This document shows, piece by piece, positions 1-12,999 of a stretch of DNA of 64,000 nt (positions are counted from its first letter, which is position 1; every line of letters begins with the position of its first letter). This DNA comes from Octopus bimaculoides. Lineage: Eukaryota. Both the position numbers and the translations under genes were made by a program. The stretch covers positions 31,894,453-31,958,452 of the forward strand of contig NC_068982.1 in NCBI RefSeq assembly GCF_001194135.2, read 5' to 3'. A model generated the notes under the pieces. The model made no database searches and was not told where the DNA came from. It worked only from the letters and a program-made list of their open reading frames with translations.

Positions 1-382
1 CGTGATATTACCCAGCTCTATTTAAAATAGCTAAACAGAATAAATCTCGAATATAATCATATACAGAAAATATGCGTATATTCATTTCTCAGTAATCTTC
101 CGGGACATGTAGATGCTTTCAGTGACTATTCGCCTCTCATCCAGAGTAGAAACAGACAGATTTCCCCAAACCTATGCTATAAATAGCAGTTGGTTACTAA
201 TGAAATATTGACGAAATGTACAGGAAGAATGTTCAACAGATGTATTGAAAATACCGCCATAGTGCTGAACTAACAAAGATGTCAAGCTAGAAAGTTAAAA
301 ATACTTAATACTAATCAGAAAGAAAGTGAAGCTATGACTAAAGTCTATGCGAAAGAACACACACACGTATGTGTAGAAGGAT

Positions 383-384
<2 letters not shown>

Positions 385-464
<80 letters not shown>

Positions 465-526
465 GTATATAGAAAAATAGAGAGACAGACCGAAAGGCAA
501 ACAGAAAGATAGACAGATAGACAGGG

Positions 527-593
<67 letters not shown>

Positions 594-624
594 TAGACAG
601 ACAGATAGATATATAGATAGATAA

Positions 625-680
<56 letters not shown>
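385..680. repeat. (GT)n followed by compound (GATA)n/(GACA)n microsatellites
   Basis: Directly visible: (GT)n ~385-460, GATA/GACA array ~495-680. Explains ORFs 295..729 and 345..704. Confidence 0.97.
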
Positions 681-1154
681 TGAGTGAGTCAGAGAAATAT
701 TCACAGAGACAGTGGAGAAAGACAGTCAAGTGAATGATTGTCTTTGTGAATGATTATGTATGAATATGATTGTGTGTGTGTAAAAACAGAAATATTTAGA
801 GTAAAGTTACTCTTATTAGATTAACATATTTATAGCATAAACACAGTGTATAATACTTATTATAGGCGACAGCCATATTTAGAAACCAGTTTAAAACTAG
901 AGACCTATTTCAACGCTATATCTCCAAGGTAGACATATTAAAACAATAAATCTAGTTGGACGACAGCCTTATTTCGACAATAAACCATTTTTCGAGGCAT
1001 GCATGACCATGTTAATTAACTTCAGAGATCAATATTTCTCAGAAAATTCCAATTATACCATAAACAGAGAATGGTTGATTTATTCTTCTTTGAAAATGGA
1101 AATTCATAGAAGATGTCCAGTTGAAACAAAATAAGCAACAATATGATTTTTATC

Positions 1155-1193
<39 letters not shown>

Positions 1194-2059
1194 TAGATAG
1201 ATATATACACATGCATCTATGCATGTATGTACGTATGTATAAATTAATGCGTGTGAATGTGTGTATGTGTATGTATATATGTCTATATTTATACTATACA
1301 TANNNNNNNNNNNNNNNNNNNNNNNNNNNNNNNNNNNNNNNNNNNNNNNNNNNNNNNNNNNNNNNNNNNNNNNNNNNNNNNNNNNNNNNNNNNNNNNNNN
1401 NNNNNNNNNNNNNNNNNNNNNNNNNNNNNNNNNNNNNNNNNNNNNNNNNNNNNNNNNNNNNNNNNNNNNNNNNNNNNNNNNNNNNNNNNNNNNNNNNNNN
1501 NNNNNNNNNNNNNNNNNNNNNNNNNNNNNNNNNNNNNNNNNNNNNNNNNNNNNNNNNNNNNNNNNNNNNNNNNNNNNNNNNNNNNNNNNNNNNNNNNNNN
1601 NNNNNNNNNNNNNNNNNNNNNNNNNNNNNNNNNNNNNNNNNNNNNNNNNNNNNNNNNNNNNNNNNNNNNNNNNNNNNNNNNNNNNNNNNNNNNNNNNNNN
1701 NNNNNNNNNNNNNNNNNNNNNNNNNNNNNNNNNNNNNNNNNNNNNNNNNNNNNNNNNNNNNNNNNNNNNNNNNNNNNNNNNNNNNNNNNNNNNNNNNNNN
1801 NNNNNNNNNNNNNNNNNNNNNNNNNNNNNNNNNNNNNNNNNNNNNNNNNNNNNNNNNNNNNNNNNNNNNNNNNNNNNNNNNNNNNNNNNNNNNNNNNNNN
1901 NNNNNNNNNNNNNNNNNNNNNNNNNNNNNNNNNNNNNTATATTTATGCATGTGTCATGTGTTGAAGTATGAGAACAGTCAGGAAAGCAGAGATAATATAT
2001 TTATACACACACATACATAATACTATATATGCAAATTAGTACATGAGCATGTGTGTGTG

Positions 2060-2103
<44 letters not shown>

Positions 2104-2366
2104 TACATATTTGTATCAGTGTAAGCCAGAGAGAAATATGATATATATAGGTTTTGTGACTCTCTGAAGTGGGGTGGTTCACTAATTCCATTAGTATAGC
2201 GCATATTAATTAGATCTCGTTTATTCATTCCTTTATTCTTCTATTCCATTTCTATGTCTAACGAAACGATGGCTAATTTAACACATGATCTATTAGATTC
2301 AGTTCTCACAAAGGACCCAACATCGCTTCTTACAGTGCTCAGATCAAATCACGTTGTCAATGCTCG

Positions 2367-2386
2367 ATGACGTCATTGTTACGTCA
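2367..2386. promoter_or_regulatory. Paired CRE/ATF-type bZIP motifs (ATGACGTCAT palindrome + TTACGTCA)
   Basis: Perfect 10-bp palindrome containing TGACGTCA at 2367-2376 and TTACGTCA at 2379-2386, in unique sequence. Function is untested. Confidence 0.3.
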
Positions 2387-2914
2387 CATGACTGAAATAC
2401 AACTGTGCAAGATTGTATATATTTTTTGTTTCTTTTCTTATTACTTTTATTTCTATTAAATCCTCTGCGTTTGGTTTCTTATTCTTTCCCATTTTACATC
2501 TTTTGCTAAGAATATGTACATAAGTATATCAAGTTCAAATCTCAATCGAATCATTTCAGACTCTTATTTTTGATAATTATAATAATGTAACTTTGCGACT
2601 ACTGTTGTCCCGTATTATTTATCTCGACGAAATTAAATCTCAATATAACTTCGATTCTGAGTCGGGATTGATATACTTTTGGAAATTGTGGTTCTTCCAA
2701 AGACGTGGGTCGTACACATGTCTATTTCTTTGCACATATCAAACATATGTAACACTACTTCGTTTAGCTTAAATGCTGGGCTTTAAAATCATCCCCTGGG
2801 GAGCTTCTACCGGACAAAGTTTTGCTATTATTTTGTGGTTTTCCAAGTTCATGGAGACTTGCGTTTCCATGATAATATCACCTGACCATACATCACGAAA
2901 TATTAAAAACTGGC

Positions 2915-3235
2915 TCTCTTTCATTTACTACGACGAGAATTCCAGCTGACCCGATCAACGGAACAGCCTGATCGTGAAATAAACATGCAAGTGGCTGAAC
3001 CTTCCACAGACACGCATATCTGAACATAGTTCTTTGAGAGATTCCGCGTGACACAGAATGTAAGAAGGATGGCCTTTTGATATGCTGGTACTACTCATTT
3101 TTGCTAGCTGAGCGGAATGGAACAATGTGAAATAAAGTGCCTTGCTCGAAGACACAACGCGCCGCCGAAAATCGAATTCACGAGCTTGTGATCTTGAGCC
3201 AAATACCCTTAACCACTAAGCCACGCACCTTCACT
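2915..3235 (-). mobile_element. tRNA-derived SINE, family 3 (CORE/V-SINE-like central domain)
   Basis: Minus strand starts GGTGCGTGGCTTAGTGGTTAAGGG (A box), has a degenerate B box (GAATTCGATT), then TTGTGTCTTCGAGCAAGGCACTTTATTTCAC, resembling conserved SINE core domains. Confidence 0.75.
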
Positions 3236-3570
3236 GACCGAATATTATATATGATTATCACTGACCCATATTGTTTCACTAAGGTAACTTTTAGCTAGGG
3301 GTCCATATTATCACCTATTACCAGAGACAGGGAACACTTTGTTTCCCCTCAAATGTTCGGGGACCAGCTTCCAGGCTGATGCCTCACTATTTGGGATTCG
3401 ACGTTTGCCCCTTATATTTAAAAAAAATACATATCGTGCCATATGCCCTTCCGCTCGTAAAGAAGAATATTTCACGTAAAATATATCGTAGGTTTTCTCC
3501 AATTCGAGTTTAGATAGCATCAGAAAACTCGTTCTTTCTGTCACAAGACAGGGATTACGTTGTTTTTCTG

Positions 3571-3926
3571 GGATACAGCACTTTCATCTAAAACACTTTG
3601 GTCTAAAACACTTTGGTCTAAACCACTTTAGTCAAAGACATTTTTCTCTAAAAGCATTTTCCTCTAAAGACACTTTCCTTTAAGCATTTTCGTCTAAAGT
3701 CAAAAAAGATTATTAGAGTATATTTACTTAGATCTTTTACATTTTTTAAAAGATTTCATAAACAAAATAGTTATTAAACCAAAGTGAGTTTAGACAAAAA
3801 TTTCTTTATACTAAAGGGCATTTTTGACAAAAGTGTATTTAGACTATACAAGAGTCACTTTAGACCAAAGTTCTTTAGACCATAGCGCATTAGACCGAAG
3901 TGTTTTAGATGAAAAGTCCTAGATCC
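3571..3926. mobile_element. Foldback-type non-autonomous DNA transposon (MITE), probably Mutator/MULE-like
   Basis: Left end GGATACAGCACTTTCATCTAAAACACTTTGGTCTAA matches the reverse complement of the right end (GGATCTAGGACTTTTCATCTAAAACACTTCGGTCTAA). Both arms consist of ~15-bp tandem units (CACTTTGGTCTAAAA). Flanks GTTTTTCTG / GCTTTTCTT match 7/9, consistent with a decayed 9-bp TSD. Confidence 0.75.
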
Positions 3927-4464
3927 GCTTTTCTTTATATACATAATTACTTATGGTAGGATGTCTTCAGTGCCCAAAATGTTACCAGATTTTGATATTT
4001 CCGGAGAATGTTTCATATTGAGAATTTTCTTGTTGGATAAAACATTAGCGAAAGCCATTTTATCATTGCCCTTGTTCATACCCAAAGCGATTCGTACATG
4101 CATACAGTGTTGCTGTTGTTGATGTCGAAATTTCTACTCGCTTGATTTTAAATGATTGTTTTTTCCTCTCTTTTGTTACTACATTATATTAATAGTTTGC
4201 GTTGCTATTAAATTAACATTATATTTTTGTTCGTTTTCTGTGAATGGGACGCATTATTTTATACATTTTCAGTTTTCTATTGGGGACATGACGTGAAATT
4301 TTCGTGGTTACTTTTGTTTGTGGGGGACAAGCTTTGTTTTCTTTTGTCAATCGGTTTAAGGAGATACTCCAAACCGTATGAACTTATCTGTAACAATTCT
4401 ATTTCCACATATAAAATCCTGTTTCGAAGGGAGAAATGTAGAAACATGTCTACTTTGTCAGTAA

Positions 4465-4500
4465 TGAACAATAATAATAATAATAATGATAATAATAATA

Positions 4501-4568
<68 letters not shown>
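4465..4568 (+). repeat. (AAT)n microsatellite abutting the 5' end of Dong copy A
   Basis: Directly visible; the RT-derived KRGIFQ sequence begins immediately after it. Confidence 0.97.
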
Positions 4569-6099
4569 CAAAAGAGGAATTTTCCAGAGGAACTTACTGT
4601 CCCTTTTAATATTTGTCTTATGTCTGATCCTTAATACAGACTATAAGACTCTTCAGCAAAGATATAGGCATGGAATTTGGCATAGATAAGTGTGCAATAT
4701 TAGTCATGAGAAGGGGACAGGTAGTCAACAGCGAAGGCAACCAATTACCAGATGGCTAAGAGTATTAAAATCTGACAGAGTACTAACTATAGAAATAAAA
4801 ACAAAAATTGAGAAGGAGTACATCAGAAGGGCGAGGAAGCTAATGAAGACAAAGCTAAATGGTTCGAATCTAGTGAAGGCTGTAAATACTTGAGAAGTAT
4901 CATAACTTAGATACTCAGCAGCTTTTGCAGATTGGACGAAAACTGAATTCGCAAAGCCAGACTGAGGAACTAGGAAGAAATTCAATATGAATGGAAGACT
5001 CCACCTAAGGACGGGAATAGCAAGATTATACTTGGCTAGAAAGGAGAGTGGAGTTATCTAGAGTAGATATAGATTGCTATGTAGGTAATAGTGAAGTAAG
5101 TTTATTAAAAGCTGCTATAGTCACATCAAGACAGGGAAACTAAAAACCCAAGAGGAAATTAAAACCAGAAAAAGAGCAGAAATTATTTGACTGGCTGGAG
5201 AAGGTGTTGCATGGTAGATTCCCAAAGATAGTTACAGCAAATAGTAGTAGTGAGACATGGCTATATTTGCAGAAAGGAAAATTGAAAAGGGAAACAGAAA
5301 GTTTGTTAGTAGCTGCACAATATCAAGCACTAAGAACTAATTTGATAAAATATAAGATAGACAAAAACCAAGTAGATTCCCAATGTAGGTTATGCAAACC
5401 AAAAGAGGAAAGTGTTGCTCATATAGTAAGTGAATGTAGTATGCTGGCACAGAAAGAATACAAGAAAAGACATGACAACATAGGAAGAGCAATCCACTGG
5501 GAGCTTTGTAGAAAGCTAGGATTTTAAAGATACTGGTAAATGGTATGAACATGAAGCTAATAAAGTACTAGAAAGTAAGAAATACAAGATGTTGCAGGAC
5601 TATAACTTTCAAACTGATAGCGTAGTGGAAGCTAGAAGACCTGATTTAGTAATCTTTTCTACTCTAGGCACAAGGCTCAAAAGTTTGGGGGAAGAGGGCT
5701 AGACGATTGGATCAACCCTAGTACACAACTGGTACTTAATTTATCGACCCAGAAAGGATAAAAAGCATGATTAATAGATTTGACAGTGCCAGATAATTGA
5801 CTTTACAGTCCCAAAAGATGAAAAAATCAATGAGATGTATAGAAAAAAATGCAAAGTACCAGCACTTAGACATTGTATTATAGAGACTATGGAGTGTGTA
5901 GGCAAAATGTATCCCAGTGCGTTGGGAACTATCCCTAAAGATCTAAGCTGATGGATAGAGGAAATAAGCATAAAAACCAGTTTAGTACAGCTTCAGAGAA
6001 CAGCTAGGATACTTACGAGGGTTCTTGACATCTAAGGTTACTTGTACCCCGATGTTAGGATTTTTTTCTTTTCCAAAAGTCTAATCTGTTGTGTGTATA
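4569..6099 (+). mobile_element. R4/Dong-clade non-LTR retrotransposon, copy A (5'-truncated, decayed)
   Basis: Broken frames give KRGIFQ (RT domain 4-like), NLVKAVNT, WLYLQKGKLKRETESLLVAAQYQAL, zinc knuckle CRLCKPKEESVAHIVSECSMLAQKEYKKRHD, RLE RRPDL and a LGTIPKDL/LQRTA C-terminus. Confidence 0.9.
5651..5767 (-). mobile_element. SINE family 1, 3' half, inserted within Dong copy A
   Basis: Reverse complement of the family consensus (TCCTTTC.GGGTCGATAAATTAAGTACCAG...GCCTTGTGCCTAGAGTAGAAAAGATT) interrupts the RLE-coding region. Confidence 0.85.
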
Positions 6100-6431
6100 N
6101 NNNNNNNNNNNNNNNNNNNNNNNNNNNNNNNNNNNNNNNNNNNNNNNNNNNNNNNNNNNNNNNNNNNNNNNNNNNNNNNNNNNNNNNNNNNNNNNNNNNN
6201 NNNNNNNNNNNNNNNNNNNNNNNNNNNNNNNNNNNNNNNNNNNNNNNNNNNNNNNNNNNNNNNNNNNNNNNNNNNNNNNNNNNNNNNNNNNNNNNNNNNN
6301 NNNNNNNNNNNNNNNNNNNNNNNNNNNNNNNNNNNNNNNNNNNNNNNNNNNNNNNNNNNNNNNNNNNNNNNNNNNNNNNNNNNNNNNNNNNNNNNNNNNN
6401 NNNNNNNNNNNNNNNNNNNNNNNNNNNNNNN

Positions 6432-6515
6432 CAGGAGGAGGAGGAGCAGGAGGAGGAGGAGCAGGAGGAGGAGGAGCAGGAGGGGGAGGAGCAGGAGGAG
6501 GAGGATGATGATGAT
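6432..6515 (+). repeat. (CAGGAGGAGGAGGAG)n / (GAT)n low-complexity tract
   Basis: 15-mer unit repeated about 4-5 times next to a gap; no splice context supports coding. Confidence 0.9.
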
Positions 6516-7454
6516 AACTATCACAATACTAGGGTCGTCGAATAAACCTGCTATATTCACTTATTTATAAAGTCAGTTTTTAGTTTGGAAAATAAGTCAA
6601 TATCTTTAATTATTTTCTCATAAAATAATATAAAATCCTTTCATTAGTAAATGCGTTTATATCTCCATGTTTTGAATATCTCACACACAAAGAGAAACTT
6701 ATTTTTCTGGTGTTGTAGGTCTGTAATCAAAGACAATGACCAAGGACACATTCCATAATGAATCTAGGGGCATATTATGCTATGTGTTTCCTTCTTTGTA
6801 TGACGGAAAAGAATGTTAAGATAAACGTAGCTGCCATTTCTTGCATGGAGAGTGAATATCATTGAATTTCTCGTTGGGTTGTTATGAACGCTTTTGATCA
6901 AGAATTGTGAAGTGAAATATTGTCAGGAAATTTTGCTGTTAGCCATTAACGTTTTGCGTCATGAGGAAAATAAAATAACCATAGGCGTAAAGACAATTTC
7001 AGATCAAGTTCATGGGTAGAGAACCCTGACCTTTTAGTTATAGGTCTGCTAGCTCTGTAATTTAAACGTGAACACCCGTCTTTTTTGTAAATACGGACCA
7101 CTGTCAGTTGTGCCCTTCCTTTTTCGAGACGGTGAATGTAATTTGCGGAAATTTGACTGCTTTGATGATGTATTTGTATATTATACTTCACTACAGATGT
7201 AATATAGCTTTGTGAACAATATCGATATGAATAATGTACAAATGTCCAGTATTACAATGAATTCCATTAAAATAGCTTAAGAAGTATAATTTTGAATAAA
7301 CTAGACTGTCAGTGAAATAAAAAAGCTAATTTCTTGTTTTGAATTTATTAATCTATTTCACTGAAATAAATTGGTTCACATTTCACATAACAGATGTATA
7401 CAGTTTTTGACCGTAAATTTTATATTTCATAATATTGATTTCAAATTTTGACCC

Positions 7455-7640
7455 AAGACCAGGAGATACAGAGAGAGGTTAAGACGATTACATTGACCCC
7501 AGGTGCTTATTTTATTGACCCCGAAAGGATAAAAGGCAAATTCAACCTTAGCAGCATTTCAACTCAGAACGTGAAGACGGACGAAATGTCGCTCAACATT
7601 TTGCTCGGCGCGGTAACAATTCTGCCAGCTCGCCGCCTTA
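7455..7640 (-). mobile_element. SINE family 1
   Basis: Reverse complement of AAGGCGGCGAGCTGGCAGAAT...GTTCTGAGTTGAAAT...GCCTTTTATCCTTTCGGGGTCAATAAA. Confidence 0.9.
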
Positions 7641-7945
7641 TATATTTCATAATATTAACTTTTGAGTGAAAAGTTTTACAATAAAAACAATTCTCATAAC
7701 ACAAGTGTTTAATGTTATTTTAGGATCTAACAAAAATATATACTATATATAATCTTGCCCTTGTATGCATACTACAGATATAAGTGTGAGTGAAATTGCA
7801 AGGAAGCGTGGGAATGTCTGTTAAGATTAGCAGAAAATAAGTGCTGTCATTGGTAATATCTTATAAGATAGTTTATCCTTAATAGCAGTTGATTTGTTCA
7901 CTTTGTGTGTGTGTGTATGTGTGTGCGTGTGTGTGTATGTGTGTG

Positions 7946-7990
<45 letters not shown>

Positions 7991-8315
7991 CGGGGAGTTA
8001 CTGGCTCGGTCAAAGGAAGGGCAGTGCCCATGATCTCTAACAAGGAAATTGAGATCGGTGAGAAGAAAGTTATCCTCTAACTGGAAGCAGAGTGGACTCC
8101 TTTAAAGGCATTTATGAGCCTCGTTGTGGATTAGCAACTGAATTGTTCGAAACATTTAACTTCTTAATCTAATATGCTATTCCTTGCAATGATATTAATA
8201 TGTTTGCCCTCTGGCTAAAAACTAGCTACACTAAATGACGGCCAGTTCATTATTTCATTTACTAGCTTCTTAAATGACATTATATGTTTAATGCTTTATC
8301 ATACACGCACACACA

Positions 8316-8358
<43 letters not shown>

Positions 8359-9043
8359 ACACACACACACACACACAGAGTTCTGCAAGTGTTTCATCTC
8401 TTGCATTGCTTTAGTTGGAATAGATGAGTTATGCATACATTAGAGAACACTTTCATCTCGTTTCTAGATAATTCGCACTCGGTAGACTTCAATATACCAT
8501 CAAGTCACAGTCGATAAAATAATCACCAATAAATATATTAATGTTGATTAAGTCCACTTTATATCCGTCCGCTGAACCTTATGAAAATCATACTTTTATG
8601 ATTATATGTTGTTGTTGTTTTTATTTTGTTATTTTAGAAATGATTATTCTTAAATAATCTTAAATATATTTTTCATCCTAAATTTATGCCAATAATTTAT
8701 ATGAAATAAGAGTCAACATTGGAATGTGAATACAAACAGTAAAGTATACAGGGAACAGGAGCAAGGCATCTATGATAGAAATCCTTGTAATCGAACCACG
8801 TGTTACAAACAGCACAAAATACACATCCTGATAGGGTGGTTTGTCACTCCGCTGTTCTGTGGTCGGTTAAACAAGTACCAACCAAAGTCAACTACTGTAG
8901 CCGATGTATTCGAGTCAACACTTTTACCGAATTGCATAATTTTGTTACTCAATGGAAATTCCATCTAGGTTAAACTTTGCCAGTCATGCCTTCAGAGCCA
9001 TAAAACTAATATCCATCAAGTACTGACTTTAATTTAATCGATT

Positions 9044-9260
9044 AAGGCGGCGAGTCAGCAGAATCGTTGGCACGCCGGGCAAAATGCTTAACGGGATGTC
9101 GTCGTCAGCATGTACGTTTAAATTCCACCGAGATCGACTTTGCCTTTCATCGTTTCGGGGTCGATAAAATAAGTACCAATTGATCACTAGATTCGATATA
9201 ATCGACTCACTCCTTCCTCTGAAATTACTGGCCATATGTTAAAATTTGAAACCATTAATT
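9044..9260 (+). mobile_element. SINE family 1, full length; older fragment just upstream at ~8955-9025
   Basis: TTAAGGCGGCGAGTCAGCAGAATCGTTGGCACGCCGGGC head, B-box-like GTTTAAATTCC, core GCCTTTCATCGTTTCGGGGTCGATAAAATAAGTACC, tail AAAATTTGAAACCATT. Confidence 0.92.
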
Positions 9261-10598
9261 TAATCGATTCTACCCCTTCAAATTTAATGGATTTATGACA
9301 TTTTTAGAAATCCTTTTTTAATAAGTATTCCCAAGCGCTCACTCTACTCTGACAGTTGTATAATGCGTTTGGCGGGACGTTAAAAAGGGTTAGTGGAAGG
9401 CATGAGCGACGATGGGAGCGATTCTGAACGGCGCTGAGGACCTACTGAGTAGTTTCTTTTTGGGGAATTTTCAATTTGACAGTGCTATATAAGAACAGTC
9501 TTTGCTTGTCCAGGATAAAATCTACAGGCAAAAATACAGTAGAACCAGTAGCTTACGAAATTAAGATGTGGACATGGAAACGGGACCCCTCAAGCTCCAC
9601 TTAAATCTGTGTTGAATGATGGGTCTATGTCGAACGGCGGCTACATAGAAGGCGGATAAGACTAGAACATAGGTCTATCATGAAGGTTACTCTATTGTTT
9701 TCCTTTTATAAACATGAGCAGGTAATTTTACTTAGCAAAGTTTTGTCTCTCGAGCCAAGCACTCATCAAATTCTTCTGTATCATTTGTATATTTACATAT
9801 ATGTATAATTTTCTGTGTGTGCGTGTGTGGATGTGGTTGTGGGTATGTGTGTGTGTAATTATATATAGTGTAAATACACTTTTGCACACACACGCATGTA
9901 TCACACGCCTTCACTCTCATTTTCTCCATCTGACCCTCTCTCCATCTCTCTACTTTCTCCCTCTCCCTCTCTCTCCCCTTTTACTCGGAATATATATATA
10001 TATATATATATANNNNNNNNNNNNNNNNNNNNNNNNNNNNNNNNNNNNNNNNNNNNNNNNNNNNNNNNNNNNNNNNNNNNNNNNNNNNNNNNNNNNNNNN
10101 NNNNNNNNNNNNNNNNNNNNNNNNNNNNNNNNNNNNNNNNNNNNNNNNNNNNNNNNNNNNNNNNNNNNNNNNNNNNNNNNNNNNNNNNNNNNNNNNNNNN
10201 NNNNNNNNNNNNNNNNNNNNNNNNNNNNNNNNNNNNNNNNNNNNNNNNNNNNNNNNNNNNNNNNNNNNNNNNNNNNNNNNNNNNNNNNNNNNNNNNNNNA
10301 TATATAAATACAGACACACACGCACATATATGTACATGTATGCATGAGTCTCTCTCCGAGTATTATACCGCACTTTTTTTCTTTGTTGTCTTTTTAGTTG
10401 GTTAGCTCCACACCACCGTCATCGCACAATCATATGATCGAAAACATTCGATCCCTAATCGTTATATCTCATATATTCAGATGTGGTGTTTGTATTTTGG
10501 TGGATTTTATTCGATACGACATTTTTAAAACCATAGGATGTAGCATACTAAAAAAGAAATACATAACTGCGGTTTTGGCAGTTCACTTGACTAAGCAG

Positions 10599-10666
10599 AA
10601 GTCCCTTCACACCCCACACGTCGTTGACCGAAAGAGAAATTCCATCTGAACAAGTAAAGCTCACAG
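10599..10666 (+). CDS. Candidate exon (SPFTPHTSLTEREIPSEQVKLT), unknown product
   Basis: Good donor CAG|GTATGT and one open frame; weak acceptor. Joins in frame to the strong acceptor at 11110. Confidence 0.25.
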
Positions 10667-11109
10667 GTATGTTCAATTAATTATTCTACTTGAAGTTAGT
10701 TCAAATAAGTATTTTCAACAATAGCACAGTCCGATGCTCATTCTATCAATACTTCAGAGCATTATCTGATTGTAGTAATATATTGATTAAAGAACGTAAA
10801 ATGAATCAGCTTATATAATGTTTTACAGAATCATATCTGCAATGCAAACATATCATACAACTAATTCTTCTCTTCAGTCTCAGAATTGATTGCAGTTGGT
10901 TGCGAATAATTTTGTAAGCAAAATGGAATTCAACAAAGCAAATTCCAATTTCCTTTGATGAACAATACAGGACGTTAAATTAATTCTATTGATTTTGATG
11001 GAAAGCCTTGTCAACTAAATGTCAGATTTCATCTATAACATCGTTTAGACTTTAGCTTAGTTTGCCTTACTTTCTAAACATAATTCTAAATGAAATTCAT
11101 TCTTTTCAG

Positions 11110-11170
11110 GCAAAATATGGCCGGAGAAGACCAGATTTCATATCAATAAAATGACTGGGCGTGACGTACG
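11110..11170 (+). CDS. Candidate exon (GKIWPEKTRFHINKMTGRDV...), unknown product, 3' end uncertain
   Basis: Acceptor TCATTCTTTTCAG|G; frame is open after splicing from 10666; no clear donor. Confidence 0.22.
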
Positions 11171-11984
11171 ACTATTCCACATGATTTTGCTATTTATCAT
11201 TCATCTTTTAATATTTCTGCCAGATTTCATATATATATATATATATTAAATGGTCAAAGGTCACTTTAAAAGAAAACGAGATCTCATAGTCAATTCTGTT
11301 GCAATGTTACTGTTACGCTCGGGCGAAGCTCAAACGAAATATATCGCCAAGAAAGCAATGGCGAAATATAACTAGTTTGATCAGTGGTAATATAAACCTC
11401 ATTATATTCGATTGGTAATCGTAATAGATGGATAAGTCTCTTCACTATGTCAATTGAATAAAAAGCGCCAGTATTAACTATAGATTTTTATCCACTAACT
11501 TGTAAGATTGCTGATCAGAAGAAAGCAGATTTAGAAAATTTAGAAAATAAATGAAAATAATAACTGTCTAGAGCCCAATGGCTTAATATTTAAGGAAAAT
11601 CCTTAGCATTTAAAACGATACTCAGTTTGTAATAGATGCATTAGACATATTGGTGATTGCAGAAAGATGTTATGTTCGTCTAGGCGTAATTACTGTGAAT
11701 GTGGAATAAGCAAATTGAAAGAGCCATTATTTAGAAACGCCACAGCGAAGATTTCTCATCATGGTAGAACGGCTTGCTAGCAATAATAGCCATATATGTT
11801 ACAATTCATACTAGAGTCTTTGAAACTTGCACATTTGATAATGTAGTCTTTGATACACTATGCCTGGAAAAATATGGAACGGTCACGGTTGAAACANNNN
11901 NNNNNNTATATATATATTTACACCGCGTATAAAGATATATAAACACATATGTATGTATATATCTATATCTATCTATCTATCTAA

Positions 11985-12720
11985 GTTGATTGCAAAAGAA
12001 CACCATATGTCAGAAGGATCAATCCGAAATGCTGCCCACAAAGACATCAGATACAAATCTTATGCGATGAGAAGAGATCATTTCATGTCACAAATAGTGA
12101 AGGAAAATCGCTTAATCAGATCTAAAAGCCTCCTGAACAAACTTAAAATCCGAGCAGAGAAAGATGTCATTTGGTTCTTCTGAGACGAGAAAAACAAAAT
12201 TTCCTGCAAAGTTTGTTCGAGTAAACTCTGCTGCCTACATAGATGTTGTGAATGCAGTGGTTAAGGCATGGATCGATAACGTACTCAACGGAAGACCTTA
12301 TGTGTTTCAACAAGACTCGGCACCATCACATATGCAGGGATGGATGGAGGAAAATTTTCACGACCACATAACCCCCAACATTTGGCCTCCTAGCTAACCA
12401 GATCTCAATCCAATGGACTACTATGTATGGAGTATAGTTGAGAAAGAGGTTAATGAGCACCCTCATAACACTAAAGAATCTATAAAAGCCTCCATAGTCA
12501 GAGTAATGTTCAATATGAACACAGACCACTTGATGGCGATTCCGACCTCGCATAGAAGCCGTTATTGAAGCTGAAGGAGATTTTATTGAATAAAATGACG
12601 AATCAATATGTTTATTCTTATTCTCAAGACGTTTTTCAATAAAAAGGCAGTATTGTCTATTTCTAAGAGCCATTTTTGTGTAAGTTTATAACTGTCCTCA
12701 AATACATTATGCACCCTGTG
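11985..12720 (+). mobile_element. Tc1/mariner superfamily fragment, maT (DD37D)-like, internally deleted
   Basis: WFF*DEK, YVFQQDSAPSH and WPPS*PDLNPMDYYVWSI transposase motifs; terminal ...TTATGCACCCTGTG followed by TA. Confidence 0.85.
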
Positions 12721-12999
12721 TATAAAGCAATGTTATTTATTTTTAATCCAAAAATAAATCAAGGCACAGAGTAAACAACGCACAGAGTACTCCGGATACG
12801 ATATGATATATATCCACTTTTGCTACTACAATTATCTCCGGAAAATACCCACAAGGATTCTTTACATGGATGTTTACTGCTGGAATGAAGCTACACGCCA
12901 AGTACTGTTTCTTCTTTGTTCTTTTTTCTGCGCATCGCTCTCACTTCTTACTACAAATCTCCTCTTATAGATGAAATAATCCATCCTTCTACTATTACC

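Noticed and set aside
860-1020. Two GAAA-N-GGCTGTC motifs on the minus strand resembling hammerhead 3' halves
   Set aside because: No intact CUGANGA strand or convincing stems I/II could be built; possibly very old Penelope remnants, but unsupported.
3950-4130. Minus-strand ~60-codon frame (MHVRIALGMNKGNDKMAF…EDILP*)
   Set aside because: No polypyrimidine acceptor, no recognisable motif, and the length is attainable by chance.
9044-9130. SINE heads as tRNA genes
   Set aside because: They have A/B-box-like motifs but no complete cloverleaf, and continue into shared SINE core and tail sequence in about 20 diverged copies.
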